From assembly GCA_963813895.1 (NCBI GenBank), contig CAWFAS010000001.1, positions 473,290-537,289 on the forward strand: a DNA stretch of 64,000 nt. The letters are read 5' to 3'. Both the position numbers and the translations under genes were made by a program. Source of the stretch: an uncultured Gammaproteobacteria bacterium. GTDB taxonomy: Bacteria > Pseudomonadota > Gammaproteobacteria > JAURND01. A model generated the notes under the pieces. It searched no databases and had not been told where the DNA came from. It saw only the letters and a list, made by a program, of their open reading frames with translations. Shown here piece after piece: positions 19,975 through 29,831 of the stretch (within the stretch, counting starts at the first letter, position 1; every line of letters begins with the position of its first letter).

Positions 19975-21318
19975 TTAGGCCTCACTGATACGAATCATAT
20001 TTAAGAGCGCTTTTTTTGCATCAGCAACTAATTGCTGTTGCTCAGCTTCACTTAGCCTTTGGCGGCGGCCAGTAAATTCATTGACCACATCTCCAGGCTT
20101 TACCTGATTGTAGGGAGGGGCTTTACCCTGTCGCAGCAGATCCAATAGCGCTACCAGATGGGGTGGATCATTGCGCGACATGGTGGCGCAGCCGCAACCC
20201 ATGCCACTCTCGTCAGATAGCTGAGCATTACCCACATTCACCACGGTGATCCCTTTAGCAGCAGCAGCTTGCTTTAAATTTTCAACCATATGATTTTCAG
20301 TCCCTATGGCATATTTTGCGGTGTGAGCGCGATCCTGCATGACTTGATCCCAGATGAAGGCAGTAGAGCCGGCTGTATCAGCGATATCCACCACAGTTTT
20401 TCTGCATTCCGGATGAGCAATGACGTGATAACCTTGTCGTTGCCAGTAGGTTACCATTTCCGGTTGATAATAAGTGTGTACACCACACTGGCTGGAAAAT
20501 AAAATAAGCTGCGCATTGTCAAAATGCTGCAAGGTAGTGGCGTCTTGCGTGGTTAAGCGGTAATGAGCCCCTTCCGTTCCCGCTGGCCAATAAGCGATTT
20601 TTTTTGCTGGAATACCCACCCAGCCGGCAGCATTTTCGCCCATGTGTCGGTCGGGGATAAACAGGATTTTTTTATTTTGTGCCATTGCCCAAGTAAAAAT
20701 TTTCTTAACGTTGCTACTGGTACATACCACACCCTCTTGTGCACCGGTTAAAGCTTTAACACGTCCTGAAGTATTCATGTAGCAGATGGGGAGAATATTT
20801 TCTTTCCCATAACGTTCATTTAATTCTAAAAAAGCGGGTTCTACCATGAAATCTTTAGCAAACATTTCCATAGTACAACCGGCTTTAGGATTGGTGATAT
20901 ACACTTGTTGGTGTGGCAGGGCCAGCAGGCTGACGGCTTCTGCCATAAAATGTACGGCGGATTTAACTATGATGGATTTTTCGGGCCTGCGAGATGCAAT
21001 GACAGATAATTGGTAAGAGTCACCGATATATCCCCCCAACTGCTCGATTAGTTTTACGATTTCACCGCCCATATAATAATGTGCGAGCAGCAACAACGAC
21101 TCACCAAAATGTTGTTGTGCAGCAGTGATATAAGGCCGCATCCAATTCAATACCGTTTGAAACTGGCGATTAGGTAATGCTAAATATTCTTCAGCATAGG
21201 GGATGAACTCAGCTTGATACCAATCCAGTGGATAATCGTTCTGACATAGCTCCATGTCAGCTGGAACTAACAATTGTGTTTGCGGGAGGGTGAATTCAGA
21301 GGTAGAACTAAGGGACAT
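19975..21318 (-). CDS. nadA: Quinolinate synthase NadA (long form with N- and C-terminal extensions)
   Basis: 447 aa. The NadA core is present (ICYMNTSGRVKALTG..VVCTSSN, HPECR, CATMSR). It has about 55 extra N-terminal residues and about 90 extra C-terminal residues relative to E. coli NadA. Confidence 0.85.
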   Translation of the reverse strand: MSLSSTSEFTLPQTQLLVPADMELCQNDYPLDWYQAEFIPYAEEYLALPNRQFQTVLNWMRPYITAAQQHFGESLLLLAHYYMGGEIVKLIEQLGGYIGDSYQLSVIASRRPEKSIIVKSAVHFMAEAVSLLALPHQQVYITNPKAGCTMEMFAKDFMVEPAFLELNERYGKENILPICYMNTSGRVKALTGAQEGVVCTSSNVKKIFTWAMAQNKKILFIPDRHMGENAAGWVGIPAKKIAYWPAGTEGAHYRLTTQDATTLQHFDNAQLILFSSQCGVHTYYQPEMVTYWQRQGYHVIAHPECRKTVVDIADTAGSTAFIWDQVMQDRAHTAKYAIGTENHMVENLKQAAAAKGITVVNVGNAQLSDESGMGCGCATMSRNDPPHLVALLDLLRQGKAPPYNQVKPGDVVNEFTGRRQRLSEAEQQQLVADAKKALLNMIRISEA

Positions 21319-21362
21319 AAGTATACTCCGGGCAGGTCGGTTAGGGCTTCTTACATAAGCCC

Positions 21363-23012
21363 TTAAACAGTATTCAATGCGAAATCATTATTAGATTGAA
21401 AAACAGTTTCCTCAAAACAGCTAGACTTCTGTGGAAAATCCTCGCGATAATGCCCACCCCTGCTTTCCCTGCGTTGTAGGGCTGAGCGTACAATCAGTTC
21501 GGATAGCAAGATAATATTTCGCAACTCCAGTAGGTCGCGAGTGATAACGTGCTTCCAATAATATTCCTCCACCATTTGCCGACGCGTCAAAATTAATTGT
21601 AATAAATCTTTTAATCCGGCTTCCGTGCGCACAATGCCAGCATAGGAGGTCATTTCCCCGCGCAAGCCATGCCAGTGGGCATTGATCTGGCTTGCGCGGC
21701 GCAGGTCAGTGACACCTTGTGAATCCCAGTCGCGCGGCAGATGATGCACAGCCAGCGGTCGTTCAATCCAGCTAAGACAATCTTTTGCAGCACTGCTGGC
21801 CATAACGCCCGCTTCCAGGAGGGAATTGCTAGCCAGCCGATTTGCGCCATGCAAACCAGAAAATGCGACTTCACCTATAGCATACAGACGATGTTTGTCA
21901 GTTCTGCCATGGGTATCAGCCAGAATACCGCCACAAAGGTAATGCGCAGCTGGTACTACGGGCACCATATCTTGGCTCATATCTATACCTAGCTCAAACA
22001 AGGTATTAAATATATTGGGGAAATGCTTTTCTAAAAAAGGCCTGGAGCGGTGAGTTATATCTAAATAGACATAATTGTGCGCGCTATTTTCGATTTCTGT
22101 GAATATGGCACGAGCGACTATATCACGAGTGGCAAGTTCTTTGCGCAGAGGAGCATAGCGCTGCATAAAACGCTCCCGGGTATCCGGCAAGCGTAAGTAT
22201 CCGCCCTCGCCGCGTACGGCTTCTGAAATTAAAAAGTTATGGTATTGGCGGTGATAAAGTAACGTCGGGTGAAATTGATAGAATTCCATATTGCCTACCC
22301 GGGCTCCCGCCCGATAGGCCATCGCGACACCATCGCCGGTAGCGACATCGGGATTAGTCGTATAACGATAAGTTTTACCCGCTCCACCTGTGGCCAAAAC
22401 CACTGCCGGCGCAAAAAAAGTGTGAATTAGTCCTTGACCTATATCCAACACATAAGCTCCTACCACTTCGCCATAGTCGCCAGGCTGATGGCGGGAAGTT
22501 TGTAGCAACAAATTAACGGCCACATGGTGCTCAAAACAGATAATATTAGGTTGACTCTTAACGCGGGCTGTAAGCGCGTTGATCATTTCACGACCGGTGT
22601 GGTCGCCGCAGTGGAAAATGCGGCGTTGGGTATGGCCGCCTTCTTGTGCTAGATCGGGTTGGCCTGCGGTATTAGTATCAAATTTTACACCATAATTTTG
22701 TAAGTTTTGGATAAGTTGTTTGCCTGCGGGCAGGATTTTTTGTATGGCCTCTTTATTGCCCAAGCCATCGCCGGAAGCCAAAGTGTCTTCAATATGCTGC
22801 GCTATAGAATCCTCTGGGCTGTAAACAGAAGCGATGCCTCCTTGGGCATAAAAACTATTAGACTCGCAAAGTGCGGTTTTACAAACTAATGCTATTCGGG
22901 TTAGGGGGCGCAAGCGCAGCAATTCGAGAGAAAATAACAATCCTGACAAGCCGCTACCTATCACTAATACATCAAAAAATTCACGGGCGCCCCGTTGGGA
23001 AATAGTATTCAT
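21363..23012 (-). CDS. nadB: L-aspartate oxidase
   Basis: 549 aa. FAD-binding N-terminus (DVLVIGSGLSGL) and a fumarate-reductase-like flavoprotein core. It overlaps nadC by 4 nt. Confidence 0.92.
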   Translation of the reverse strand: MNTISQRGAREFFDVLVIGSGLSGLLFSLELLRLRPLTRIALVCKTALCESNSFYAQGGIASVYSPEDSIAQHIEDTLASGDGLGNKEAIQKILPAGKQLIQNLQNYGVKFDTNTAGQPDLAQEGGHTQRRIFHCGDHTGREMINALTARVKSQPNIICFEHHVAVNLLLQTSRHQPGDYGEVVGAYVLDIGQGLIHTFFAPAVVLATGGAGKTYRYTTNPDVATGDGVAMAYRAGARVGNMEFYQFHPTLLYHRQYHNFLISEAVRGEGGYLRLPDTRERFMQRYAPLRKELATRDIVARAIFTEIENSAHNYVYLDITHRSRPFLEKHFPNIFNTLFELGIDMSQDMVPVVPAAHYLCGGILADTHGRTDKHRLYAIGEVAFSGLHGANRLASNSLLEAGVMASSAAKDCLSWIERPLAVHHLPRDWDSQGVTDLRRASQINAHWHGLRGEMTSYAGIVRTEAGLKDLLQLILTRRQMVEEYYWKHVITRDLLELRNIILLSELIVRSALQRRESRGGHYREDFPQKSSCFEETVFQSNNDFALNTV

Positions 23013-23887
23013 GCGAGTTGGCCTATGGATTGCATTGATAAATCAACTTGACCTGCGCCATAGGTTAATTCACCAACGGAAGCATAGTTAACGCCGGTCT
23101 CGGCGATATCCAGAATGGAATCCAGTGAAATGTTCCCCGACGCTTCCGTATCAAAAATGCGCTGACAAGCGGCAACGCAAGTCCGCATATTGGCAAGGGT
23201 CATGTTATCCAAAAGCACTCGATTGACTTTTGTTTGTCCTAGGGACAACACTGTGTCCAGTTCCTTTATAGTACGAACTTCGACGATGACTGGAAGAGAT
23301 TGTAGGGTAAGCTCGGGTAATTTTTTTATGGTTTGCTCCATGCCACCCAATAAATCGACGTGAGTATCTTTCACCATGATGGCATCAAACAAGCCCATAC
23401 GATGATTAACGCCGCCCCCACAATAAACTGCATATTTTTCCAAACGACGCAAACCAGGTGAGGTTTTGCGGGTGTCGAGTATTTTCAAAGCGCTGCCTTT
23501 AATACGGTCTACATACTTGGCTGTCAGTGTGGCTATGGCGCACAAATGCCGCAGGAAGTTTAATGCGGTTCGTTCTCCCTTTAAAAGTGTGATGGCATCA
23601 CCTTCAATAATTAACAATTCTTCATCGGGGTGTAACCGTTGGCCATCAACATATGAGGTGCGGATATTGCAGTGTGGAGAAAGCTGTGCGAACAGCAGGC
23701 GCAACCATTCAATACCGCAAATAGTGATGCATTCTTTGTGTTTGGAGAGAATTTTTGCCTGGTAGCGACGATTATCTGCTACGGGAAATAACCATTCGGA
23801 GGTATTATCCCGGCGCGGAACTCCCAAATCCTCATCTAAAGCAAGGTTAAGTACTGTGAGATCTAAATGATCGGGTTTCCAGGACAT
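23009..23887 (-). CDS. nadC: Nicotinate-nucleotide pyrophosphorylase (carboxylating) / quinolinate phosphoribosyltransferase
   Basis: QPRT motifs are present (LKGERTALNFLRHL, LDTRKTSPGLRRLEKYAV.CGGG.NHR). Start chosen at the internal Met (MSWKPDHLDL...), which aligns with the E. coli NadC N-terminus and avoids a 44-nt overlap with the upstream gene. The track ORF extends to 23935. Confidence 0.88.
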   Translation of the reverse strand: MSWKPDHLDLTVLNLALDEDLGVPRRDNTSEWLFPVADNRRYQAKILSKHKECITICGIEWLRLLFAQLSPHCNIRTSYVDGQRLHPDEELLIIEGDAITLLKGERTALNFLRHLCAIATLTAKYVDRIKGSALKILDTRKTSPGLRRLEKYAVYCGGGVNHRMGLFDAIMVKDTHVDLLGGMEQTIKKLPELTLQSLPVIVEVRTIKELDTVLSLGQTKVNRVLLDNMTLANMRTCVAACQRIFDTEASGNISLDSILDIAETGVNYASVGELTYGAGQVDLSMQSIGQLA

Positions 23888-23891
23888 GTAA

Positions 23892-24809
23892 TTAAATTCC
23901 TCGGTTATCGTTACACAAGCCCACCAGCCGTTCAAATGCGTTCAATACTTGATTGACTGTAATAAAATATTTCCAGCCGCGTTCCTTAAGTGGGCGTATT
24001 ATTAAGGGCATCCAGGGTAATACCACTTCACCCACTGCCCAGTCCGGTCGCCAGCGTTGCATAATTTTACGTCGTTGCATCAGCGAAACCGTGGGGATGC
24101 CGAGATTAGATGCCAAATGGCCTATGCCGGAATCATTACCAATAAACCATCCACAGCCGTATAAATATTGGGCCAGATTATCTAAAGAATCCGTGGTTGT
24201 AATAGTAAATCCTTGTTGTTCAATTTGTGAAACCTGAGATTTCTCTGTGGGGGCAATCACAAACTCGGGTTGGTAACCGCGCAGCTGTAATTGGGTCCCT
24301 AAGGCAATAAAGCGGTTGGGCAGCCAGCATTTGGATGGTTCTGATGCTGTTGGATGGATAATGATGCGTTGTCTATCTGCACGCAATTGTAACCCAGGGG
24401 GGGCAATTAAACCATTGTCGGACACTACGTCTGCAAGAGCTAACAGTTCGCTGCAGACGGCCATCTGTATGGCAACCATGGAAATTTGCTGCCGGTATAA
24501 TAAAAAATGGTCCAACACAACTACGCGAGGGTGCCATTGCTCCGCTTGAAATAAAACATCACGTGGGTAGCTGTGTAACAATAAATCAAATGTTAATAAG
24601 ACTTCTTTGCCATGAGCAGCCTCAGGATAAGGTTTTATACAGACTTCTGGAAACCAACGTTGTAATCCCAAAAGGTAATTGCTAAAAACAGTCACCTGGT
24701 AGCCATTGCGTCGCAAATTATTAACCACAATCATAGCTAATAAAGAATCCCCCAGGCGCGGGGACATGACAAAAGCAATTGACTTAACAGAAGTTAAAGA
24801 GATGCGCAT
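23892..24809 (-). CDS. Glycosyltransferase family 9 (ADP-heptose:LPS heptosyltransferase-like)
   Basis: 305 aa. N-terminus SIAFVMSPRLGDSL resembles the heptosyltransferase start. A C-terminal GNDSGIGHLASNLGIPTVSL motif is present. Confidence 0.8.
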   Translation of the reverse strand: MRISLTSVKSIAFVMSPRLGDSLLAMIVVNNLRRNGYQVTVFSNYLLGLQRWFPEVCIKPYPEAAHGKEVLLTFDLLLHSYPRDVLFQAEQWHPRVVVLDHFLLYRQQISMVAIQMAVCSELLALADVVSDNGLIAPPGLQLRADRQRIIIHPTASEPSKCWLPNRFIALGTQLQLRGYQPEFVIAPTEKSQVSQIEQQGFTITTTDSLDNLAQYLYGCGWFIGNDSGIGHLASNLGIPTVSLMQRRKIMQRWRPDWAVGEVVLPWMPLIIRPLKERGWKYFITVNQVLNAFERLVGLCNDNRGI

Positions 24810-24813
24810 GATC

Positions 24814-26109
24814 TTATGCCCATTTTTTTATTTTATTGTTTTCTTTTGGGGGGCAATACCCTGCAAAAAGCAAACTAGCACATAGCACATAAAAATGGCC
24901 GGTCACACTGGTGTATAAAAAAGCGTTGAAACAGCAACTTATCATTCCTGACAATATGAGTGCTTGCGCTATTTGCCAGTCTTCACGCATATGAAAACTC
25001 ACCAGCCACTGGCTCAAAAAAAAATACAACATTGCGCTCAGCCCAACTAATCCCCCCTGTACCAGCATCAGCAGATATTCATTATGAGGAGTGTTTAAAG
25101 TGCCCCAGCCTGGAACGATAGGATGTTTTTTATAGGCCGCCTGAAAGGAAGCTGTCCCCATGCCCATAATGGGATGCTCTTTGGACAAATCCAGAGAATA
25201 TTTAAAAAAGGTTATTCTTAATTCAGGCGCGTGATCTTTTGGTTTGGCGAGTTGTTGTGCGGAGCTATGCAGCAAATCCTGGGTTAGCCAATAAACACGT
25301 TTGTGGAATGAGGAGGATAAATTATAAACAATTACCGCAAGCAATAGCAGAGTTATAGTTCCCAGTGCAATACCGCGTAAAAATATCTTTTTATTATAAT
25401 ATCTTAAGGATTCATTGTTAGCGGCAGTGAATGCGCGTTGTACAAAAAAAAGTATTACCAGCCCAAAATAGACCATCCAACCCGTGCGGCCGGAATTTAT
25501 AAAGAATTCCTGGAAGGTAAACACGACTGCTAACATCGAGTATAGCCATCGATATTGTTTACCGTAGATTGCTCTTTGGGCAAAAATGTAAGTAGAAAAT
25601 GCTACGAAGTAACTGGTTTCAATATGGCTGTGAAATACATAACTTCCATTGTTTGCTTTCCCCATATGCAATCCAGCATATTGTTTTAAATAAGATAAGA
25701 CAATGGTAACCACCATCGCTAGTAGAAAGGCATTGATGGCTCTCTGGCGCCAACGGGGGTCAATGCAAAGTGGCAGCAAAAAAATAAAATATAACAGTTT
25801 TTGATATTTGTGAAATGCTTCCAACCTGTCATGCCAGCTTGCTATGCTCCAAAACATGGCAGCAAAAATAATAATAATTAGAATCAGAATGCTAAGAGTA
25901 ATGGGGTTGGTGCGCACCATTTGAAAGCGGACAAAGAATTCGCCCGAGATGAGGCAAAAGACCATTGCAGCTACTATGCTGATAGCGGTGCCGGTAATGG
26001 TAATGGGGCATAAGAAAGCGGTCATAACCATGCTAATGTAACCGGCTAATAACAAATATTGACGTAGACGGTTGGGGTAGCTTTCTTGGATCTGGGTAGT
26101 AGACATCAT
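24814..26109 (-). CDS. O-antigen ligase (WaaL/Wzy_C family) polytopic membrane protein
   Basis: 431 aa with at least 10 predicted TM helices, a large periplasmic loop, and a HNEYLLMLVQGGLVGL motif typical of Wzy_C ligases. Confidence 0.75.
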   Translation of the reverse strand: MMSTTQIQESYPNRLRQYLLLAGYISMVMTAFLCPITITGTAISIVAAMVFCLISGEFFVRFQMVRTNPITLSILILIIIIFAAMFWSIASWHDRLEAFHKYQKLLYFIFLLPLCIDPRWRQRAINAFLLAMVVTIVLSYLKQYAGLHMGKANNGSYVFHSHIETSYFVAFSTYIFAQRAIYGKQYRWLYSMLAVVFTFQEFFINSGRTGWMVYFGLVILFFVQRAFTAANNESLRYYNKKIFLRGIALGTITLLLLAVIVYNLSSSFHKRVYWLTQDLLHSSAQQLAKPKDHAPELRITFFKYSLDLSKEHPIMGMGTASFQAAYKKHPIVPGWGTLNTPHNEYLLMLVQGGLVGLSAMLYFFLSQWLVSFHMREDWQIAQALILSGMISCCFNAFLYTSVTGHFYVLCASLLFAGYCPPKENNKIKKWA

Positions 26110-26191
26110 GTTGAGTTTTAGCCTTTAACGGAGCGACTAACCTTAAAGTTCATTGAAGTCATCTTAAAAAATTAGCTTTCAGGACGGCTGC

Positions 26192-26263
26192 TACCGAGCC
26201 GCGACCGTTAGGGAGCGTTTAAATTAGATTGTTTAAACGCTCCCTAACGGTCGCGGCTCGGTA
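26192..26263. repeat. Palindromic element, family B core (TACCGAGCCGCGACCGTTAGGGAGCGTTT aaattagattgttt AAACGCTCCCTAACGGTCGCGGCTCGGTA)
   Basis: 29-bp near-perfect inverted arms. The same arms occur at 41303, 44064 and, as a half copy, at 51393. The ybhP stop codon lies inside the element. Confidence 0.75.
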
Positions 26264-27018
26264 CGTAAATCAAACTCTGCATAAAGTGGGGCATGATCGG
26301 AAAGCTTGCGCCAGGGTAGTTTAGTAAAACGTTCACAGTTTAATACTTCTATCCCCCGAAAATAAATGCGATCCACTGGTAATGCAGGGCCCCATACCGG
26401 AAAAGATCTGGCATATTTACCAGTTAATACTTTAAAAGCTTCTCGCAAATTCAAATGGGTTTCCAGGAAATGCTGTGCATGACTTTGCCAGTCATTAAAA
26501 TCACCAGCAATAATCAGGGGTTCATTTGCGGGCACATGCGACTCAATACGATCACAAAGTGTGCCTAATTGCTTTTCGCGTTCCGTCCTAAATAGCCCAA
26601 AGTGTATACAAATAGCATGAACAGGGGTAGTGAACCCAGGGATGTCCAAGACACCATGCAGCACACTGCGGCTGGCCATTTCATGCTGCGATACATCAAT
26701 ATTTTCCCATCGTATAAATGGAAATTTACTTAGAATGGCATTGCCATGATGCCCGCGCTCATAAATGGCGTTTTTTCCATAAATAAAATGCGGCCATAAC
26801 TGCGCGCCTAAAAATTCAAACTGCGATTGTTTGGGCCAGTTTTTTATAGTGATTTCATGACTAGTATGTTCGCCCTGTATTTCTTGAAGGAAAACCAGGT
26901 GGGGGTGAATTTCATCGATGGCTTCCTTAATATGATGTAAAACAAAGCGTGAGTGAGTAGTGCTAAAGCCTTTATGGATGTTATAAGTCATTATTTTTAA
27001 GATATTATTTTGTAACAT
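26233..27018 (-). CDS. ybhP: Endonuclease/exonuclease/phosphatase family protein (YbhP-like)
   Basis: 261 aa and collinear with E. coli YbhP (IMTYNIHKGF...FLQEI...GHHGNAILS...AGDFNDW...LSDHAPL). It sits adjacent to a clsB-type PLD gene, as in E. coli. Confidence 0.85.
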   Translation of the reverse strand: MLQNNILKIMTYNIHKGFSTTHSRFVLHHIKEAIDEIHPHLVFLQEIQGEHTSHEITIKNWPKQSQFEFLGAQLWPHFIYGKNAIYERGHHGNAILSKFPFIRWENIDVSQHEMASRSVLHGVLDIPGFTTPVHAICIHFGLFRTEREKQLGTLCDRIESHVPANEPLIIAGDFNDWQSHAQHFLETHLNLREAFKVLTGKYARSFPVWGPALPVDRIYFRGIEVLNCERFTKLPWRKLSDHAPLYAEFDLRTEPRPLGSV

Positions 27019-27019
27019 A

Positions 27020-28162
27020 TTAAATCCAATATTTTATATATAGTAACAATCGCCCTACCAGTTTTTGATGCCAGGGGCGTTTATACCAGTTACTTAACTG
27101 TATCTCTTTTGAATGGGATAAATCTTCAATAAATTGCTCTAGCAGCATTTGTCGCGAATGTCGTGAGCGTACATTGGCATCTACTTCCAGGTCATGCAAT
27201 AAACTACGGTGATTCAAATTGCTCGAGCCAACAATATGCCAGTCATCTAGAATCAGCGATTTGGCATGCAGCATGCTGGGCATATATTCAAAAATCCGCA
27301 CTCCAGAAGCCAGTAAACGTTCATAAAAAGTAGCGGACGCCCATGACATGATAAAAATATCGCTATTTTGTGGCAGCAGGATACGAACATCTACTTTTGC
27401 CTGGGCCAAATCAACCAATTTTCTTAATAAAATATTATCGGGTACAAAATAAGCGTTGGTTATCCATACCCGTCTGTGACATTTAGATAAGTGCCGTAAT
27501 AAATCTTTATATAACACACGACGTCGATGACGGGTGTTATTTAGCCGGATAATAGCATGGGTATCTACATGGCGGAAAACATTATGCAGCCGTTCCTGAA
27601 TGGCCGTATGAGTCCACGAGACTTCAAAGGCCATTGTTAAATCATCAACAGATGTGCCAATAAGTCTCACGCCTGTGTCGCGCCAGCCACCTCCGCCTTG
27701 AAGCAGGCTAAGATGGCAGAGGCTGATATTGGCACTGCCCAGGTAAACAATGCTGTTATCTATTATGCAGACTTTACGGTGGTTTCTTTTATTGATTTTA
27801 AAAATGAAATAGATGCTTTTAAACAGCAGCGATAGATGAAGAAAGCTGTGGCGTCGCCATTGCCAAAGATGCCAGGGGAAAGGATGAAAAATTCGCGTTT
27901 TTATGCCAGCAGCTTCCAGGGTATTTGCCAATGTTCCTCCCCAACCTGAGGTGCCGGCCCCATCGACTAATACTCTTACCCGTACTCCCCTCCTAGCCGC
28001 AGCAACCAAAGCCTCAGCCATCCGCTGCCCCATTGTATCATTGTCAAAAATATAGGTTTCCAATTCAATGCTGATCTTGGCGCGGCTGATGTCATCTAAT
28101 AGCGATATGAAATAATCATCTCCAGTTAAAAAAACGGTTTCTGATATATGGCGATCTTTCAT
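27020..28162 (-). CDS. clsB: Phospholipase D family protein / cardiolipin synthase B-like
   Basis: 380 aa with two HKD motifs (HRKVCIIDNSIVYLGSANIS and HAKSLILDDWHIVGSSNLNHRS). ybhP is its neighbour. Confidence 0.82.
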   Translation of the reverse strand: MKDRHISETVFLTGDDYFISLLDDISRAKISIELETYIFDNDTMGQRMAEALVAAARRGVRVRVLVDGAGTSGWGGTLANTLEAAGIKTRIFHPFPWHLWQWRRHSFLHLSLLFKSIYFIFKINKRNHRKVCIIDNSIVYLGSANISLCHLSLLQGGGGWRDTGVRLIGTSVDDLTMAFEVSWTHTAIQERLHNVFRHVDTHAIIRLNNTRHRRRVLYKDLLRHLSKCHRRVWITNAYFVPDNILLRKLVDLAQAKVDVRILLPQNSDIFIMSWASATFYERLLASGVRIFEYMPSMLHAKSLILDDWHIVGSSNLNHRSLLHDLEVDANVRSRHSRQMLLEQFIEDLSHSKEIQLSNWYKRPWHQKLVGRLLLYIKYWI

Positions 28163-28863
28163 GGTGTTCTATTAATATAAGCTAATGCGTCATCAGGGGA
28201 ATCTGTGACTAATAATCTTTCAATATCTTCAGGAAAAATAGTACCACTTTTCAATAAGGTATCGCGCATGAAATTAATAAGAGGGGACCAATAATCCGAG
28301 CCCATTAATATCAATGGAAAATTTTTTACTTTGTGGGTTTGTATCAGGGTCGACATCTCAAATAGCTCATCCAATGTCCCCAGTCCTCCCGGCAGAACGA
28401 TAAAAGCGGAGGAGTATTTGGTTAGCATGACTTTGCGGACAAAAAAATAGTGGAAAGTAATTTTTTTATCAACGAATAGATTGGGGCTCTCTAATGCGAG
28501 ATTGATGTTACAACTAATGGAGCGCCCTCCCCCCTCTTTTGCTCCTCGATTGGCAGCTTCCATAATTCCAGGCCCGCCACCTGTCATTACCGTATAGCGA
28601 TTCTTAGCTAGCAAGTAGCCTAGAGTGTGTGCCATTTGGTAATATTTGTGGGTTTCAGTAAAACGGGCGGAGCCGAAGATGGTAATGCAGTTATGAATAT
28701 TCCTAAAAACATAAAAACCGTGCATATACTCAAAGAATATACGTAGCGCACTCCATAGACCCGTGAAGAAATTCTCCCTGCGAGCTAAAAAATGCTCTTC
28801 CTGCGCCTGAAACGTGGGTTCTTGCAGGTGCGCTTTTGGCTTCGAGGGTCTGATTTTCTTCAT
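28159..28863 (-). CDS. LOG family protein (TIGR00730 Rossmann fold; cytokinin riboside 5'-monophosphate phosphoribohydrolase-like)
   Basis: 234 aa. The PGGxGTxxE motif is present (VLPGGLGTLDELFE), as is the GGGPGIMEA glycine-rich loop. Confidence 0.85.
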   Translation of the reverse strand: MKKIRPSKPKAHLQEPTFQAQEEHFLARRENFFTGLWSALRIFFEYMHGFYVFRNIHNCITIFGSARFTETHKYYQMAHTLGYLLAKNRYTVMTGGGPGIMEAANRGAKEGGGRSISCNINLALESPNLFVDKKITFHYFFVRKVMLTKYSSAFIVLPGGLGTLDELFEMSTLIQTHKVKNFPLILMGSDYWSPLINFMRDTLLKSGTIFPEDIERLLVTDSPDDALAYINRTP

Positions 28864-29022
28864 CGTTGATCTCTGTAATGCTCAGGATAAGGGGTTGTGC
28901 AACCCCTAAGTACCATTATAACCTTAAATTAACCTAACTGTTCAGTACAGTAACTTAGTCTGCCTTGACATCTCAGGGCGAAAAACTGTATTAATTAAGT
29001 CTCAGTAATCAGAGAGAATAGC

Positions 29023-29775
29023 ATGAGCACAGAAAACGATGGTTTACCCCGGGGGCGAGGAATATATCTGCTGCCTAATTTATTTACCCTAACTGCGTTA
29101 TTCGCAGGCTTTTATGCCATTGTAGCGGCCATGAAAGGCAATTTTGATTATGCGGGTATTGCTGTATTTATTGCTATGGTAATGGATACATTGGATGGTC
29201 GTGTGGCGCGGTTAACCCACACCCAAACTGCATTTGGCGCTGAATTAGACAGCCTGTCGGACATGGTATCATTTGGAGTAGCTCCCGCGTTGATTGTATA
29301 TACTTGGGGCTTAGGTACGCTTGGCAAAGCGGGGTGGTTGGTAGCGTTTATTTTTACTGCTGGCGTCGCCTTGCGTCTTGCGCGATTTAATACTCAGTTA
29401 GGTGTTGCGGATAAACGTTATTTCCGTGGTCTGCCTTGTCCGGCTGGAGCGGCATTAATAACCAGTCTGGTATGGAGTTTGCAGGAATTTGACCTGAATA
29501 ACCCTATGCTGCGTGTACTAGTTGCTATTGTTACTGCGATCACGGCGCTGCTGATGGTCAGTAACATAATGTATTACAGTTTCAAGGATTTCAATCTAAA
29601 AAATCGCGTGCCTTTTATTGTTATTATATTAATAGTATTAATTTATGTATTGATTTCTGTAGATCCCCCCTTGGTGGGGTTGGTTTTGTCCTGTGGTTTT
29701 GTAGTGTCGGGGCCGGCGTTATGGCTGTGGCGCTTTAAGCGTCATTGGCGCGGAAAGTCTGGAAAGGAAAAGTAA
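29023..29775 (+). CDS. pssA: CDP-diacylglycerol--serine O-phosphatidyltransferase
   Basis: 250 aa. CDP-alcohol phosphatidyltransferase motif D.LDGRVAR.......G.ELDSL.D, with multiple TM helices. Confidence 0.9.
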   Translation: MSTENDGLPRGRGIYLLPNLFTLTALFAGFYAIVAAMKGNFDYAGIAVFIAMVMDTLDGRVARLTHTQTAFGAELDSLSDMVSFGVAPALIVYTWGLGTLGKAGWLVAFIFTAGVALRLARFNTQLGVADKRYFRGLPCPAGAALITSLVWSLQEFDLNNPMLRVLVAIVTAITALLMVSNIMYYSFKDFNLKNRVPFIVIILIVLIYVLISVDPPLVGLVLSCGFVVSGPALWLWRFKRHWRGKSGKEK

Positions 29776-29831
29776 ATATTATAAAGAGGGTTCTGTTACT
29801 TAACTGATCAAATAACACTGATGGGCTCAGA

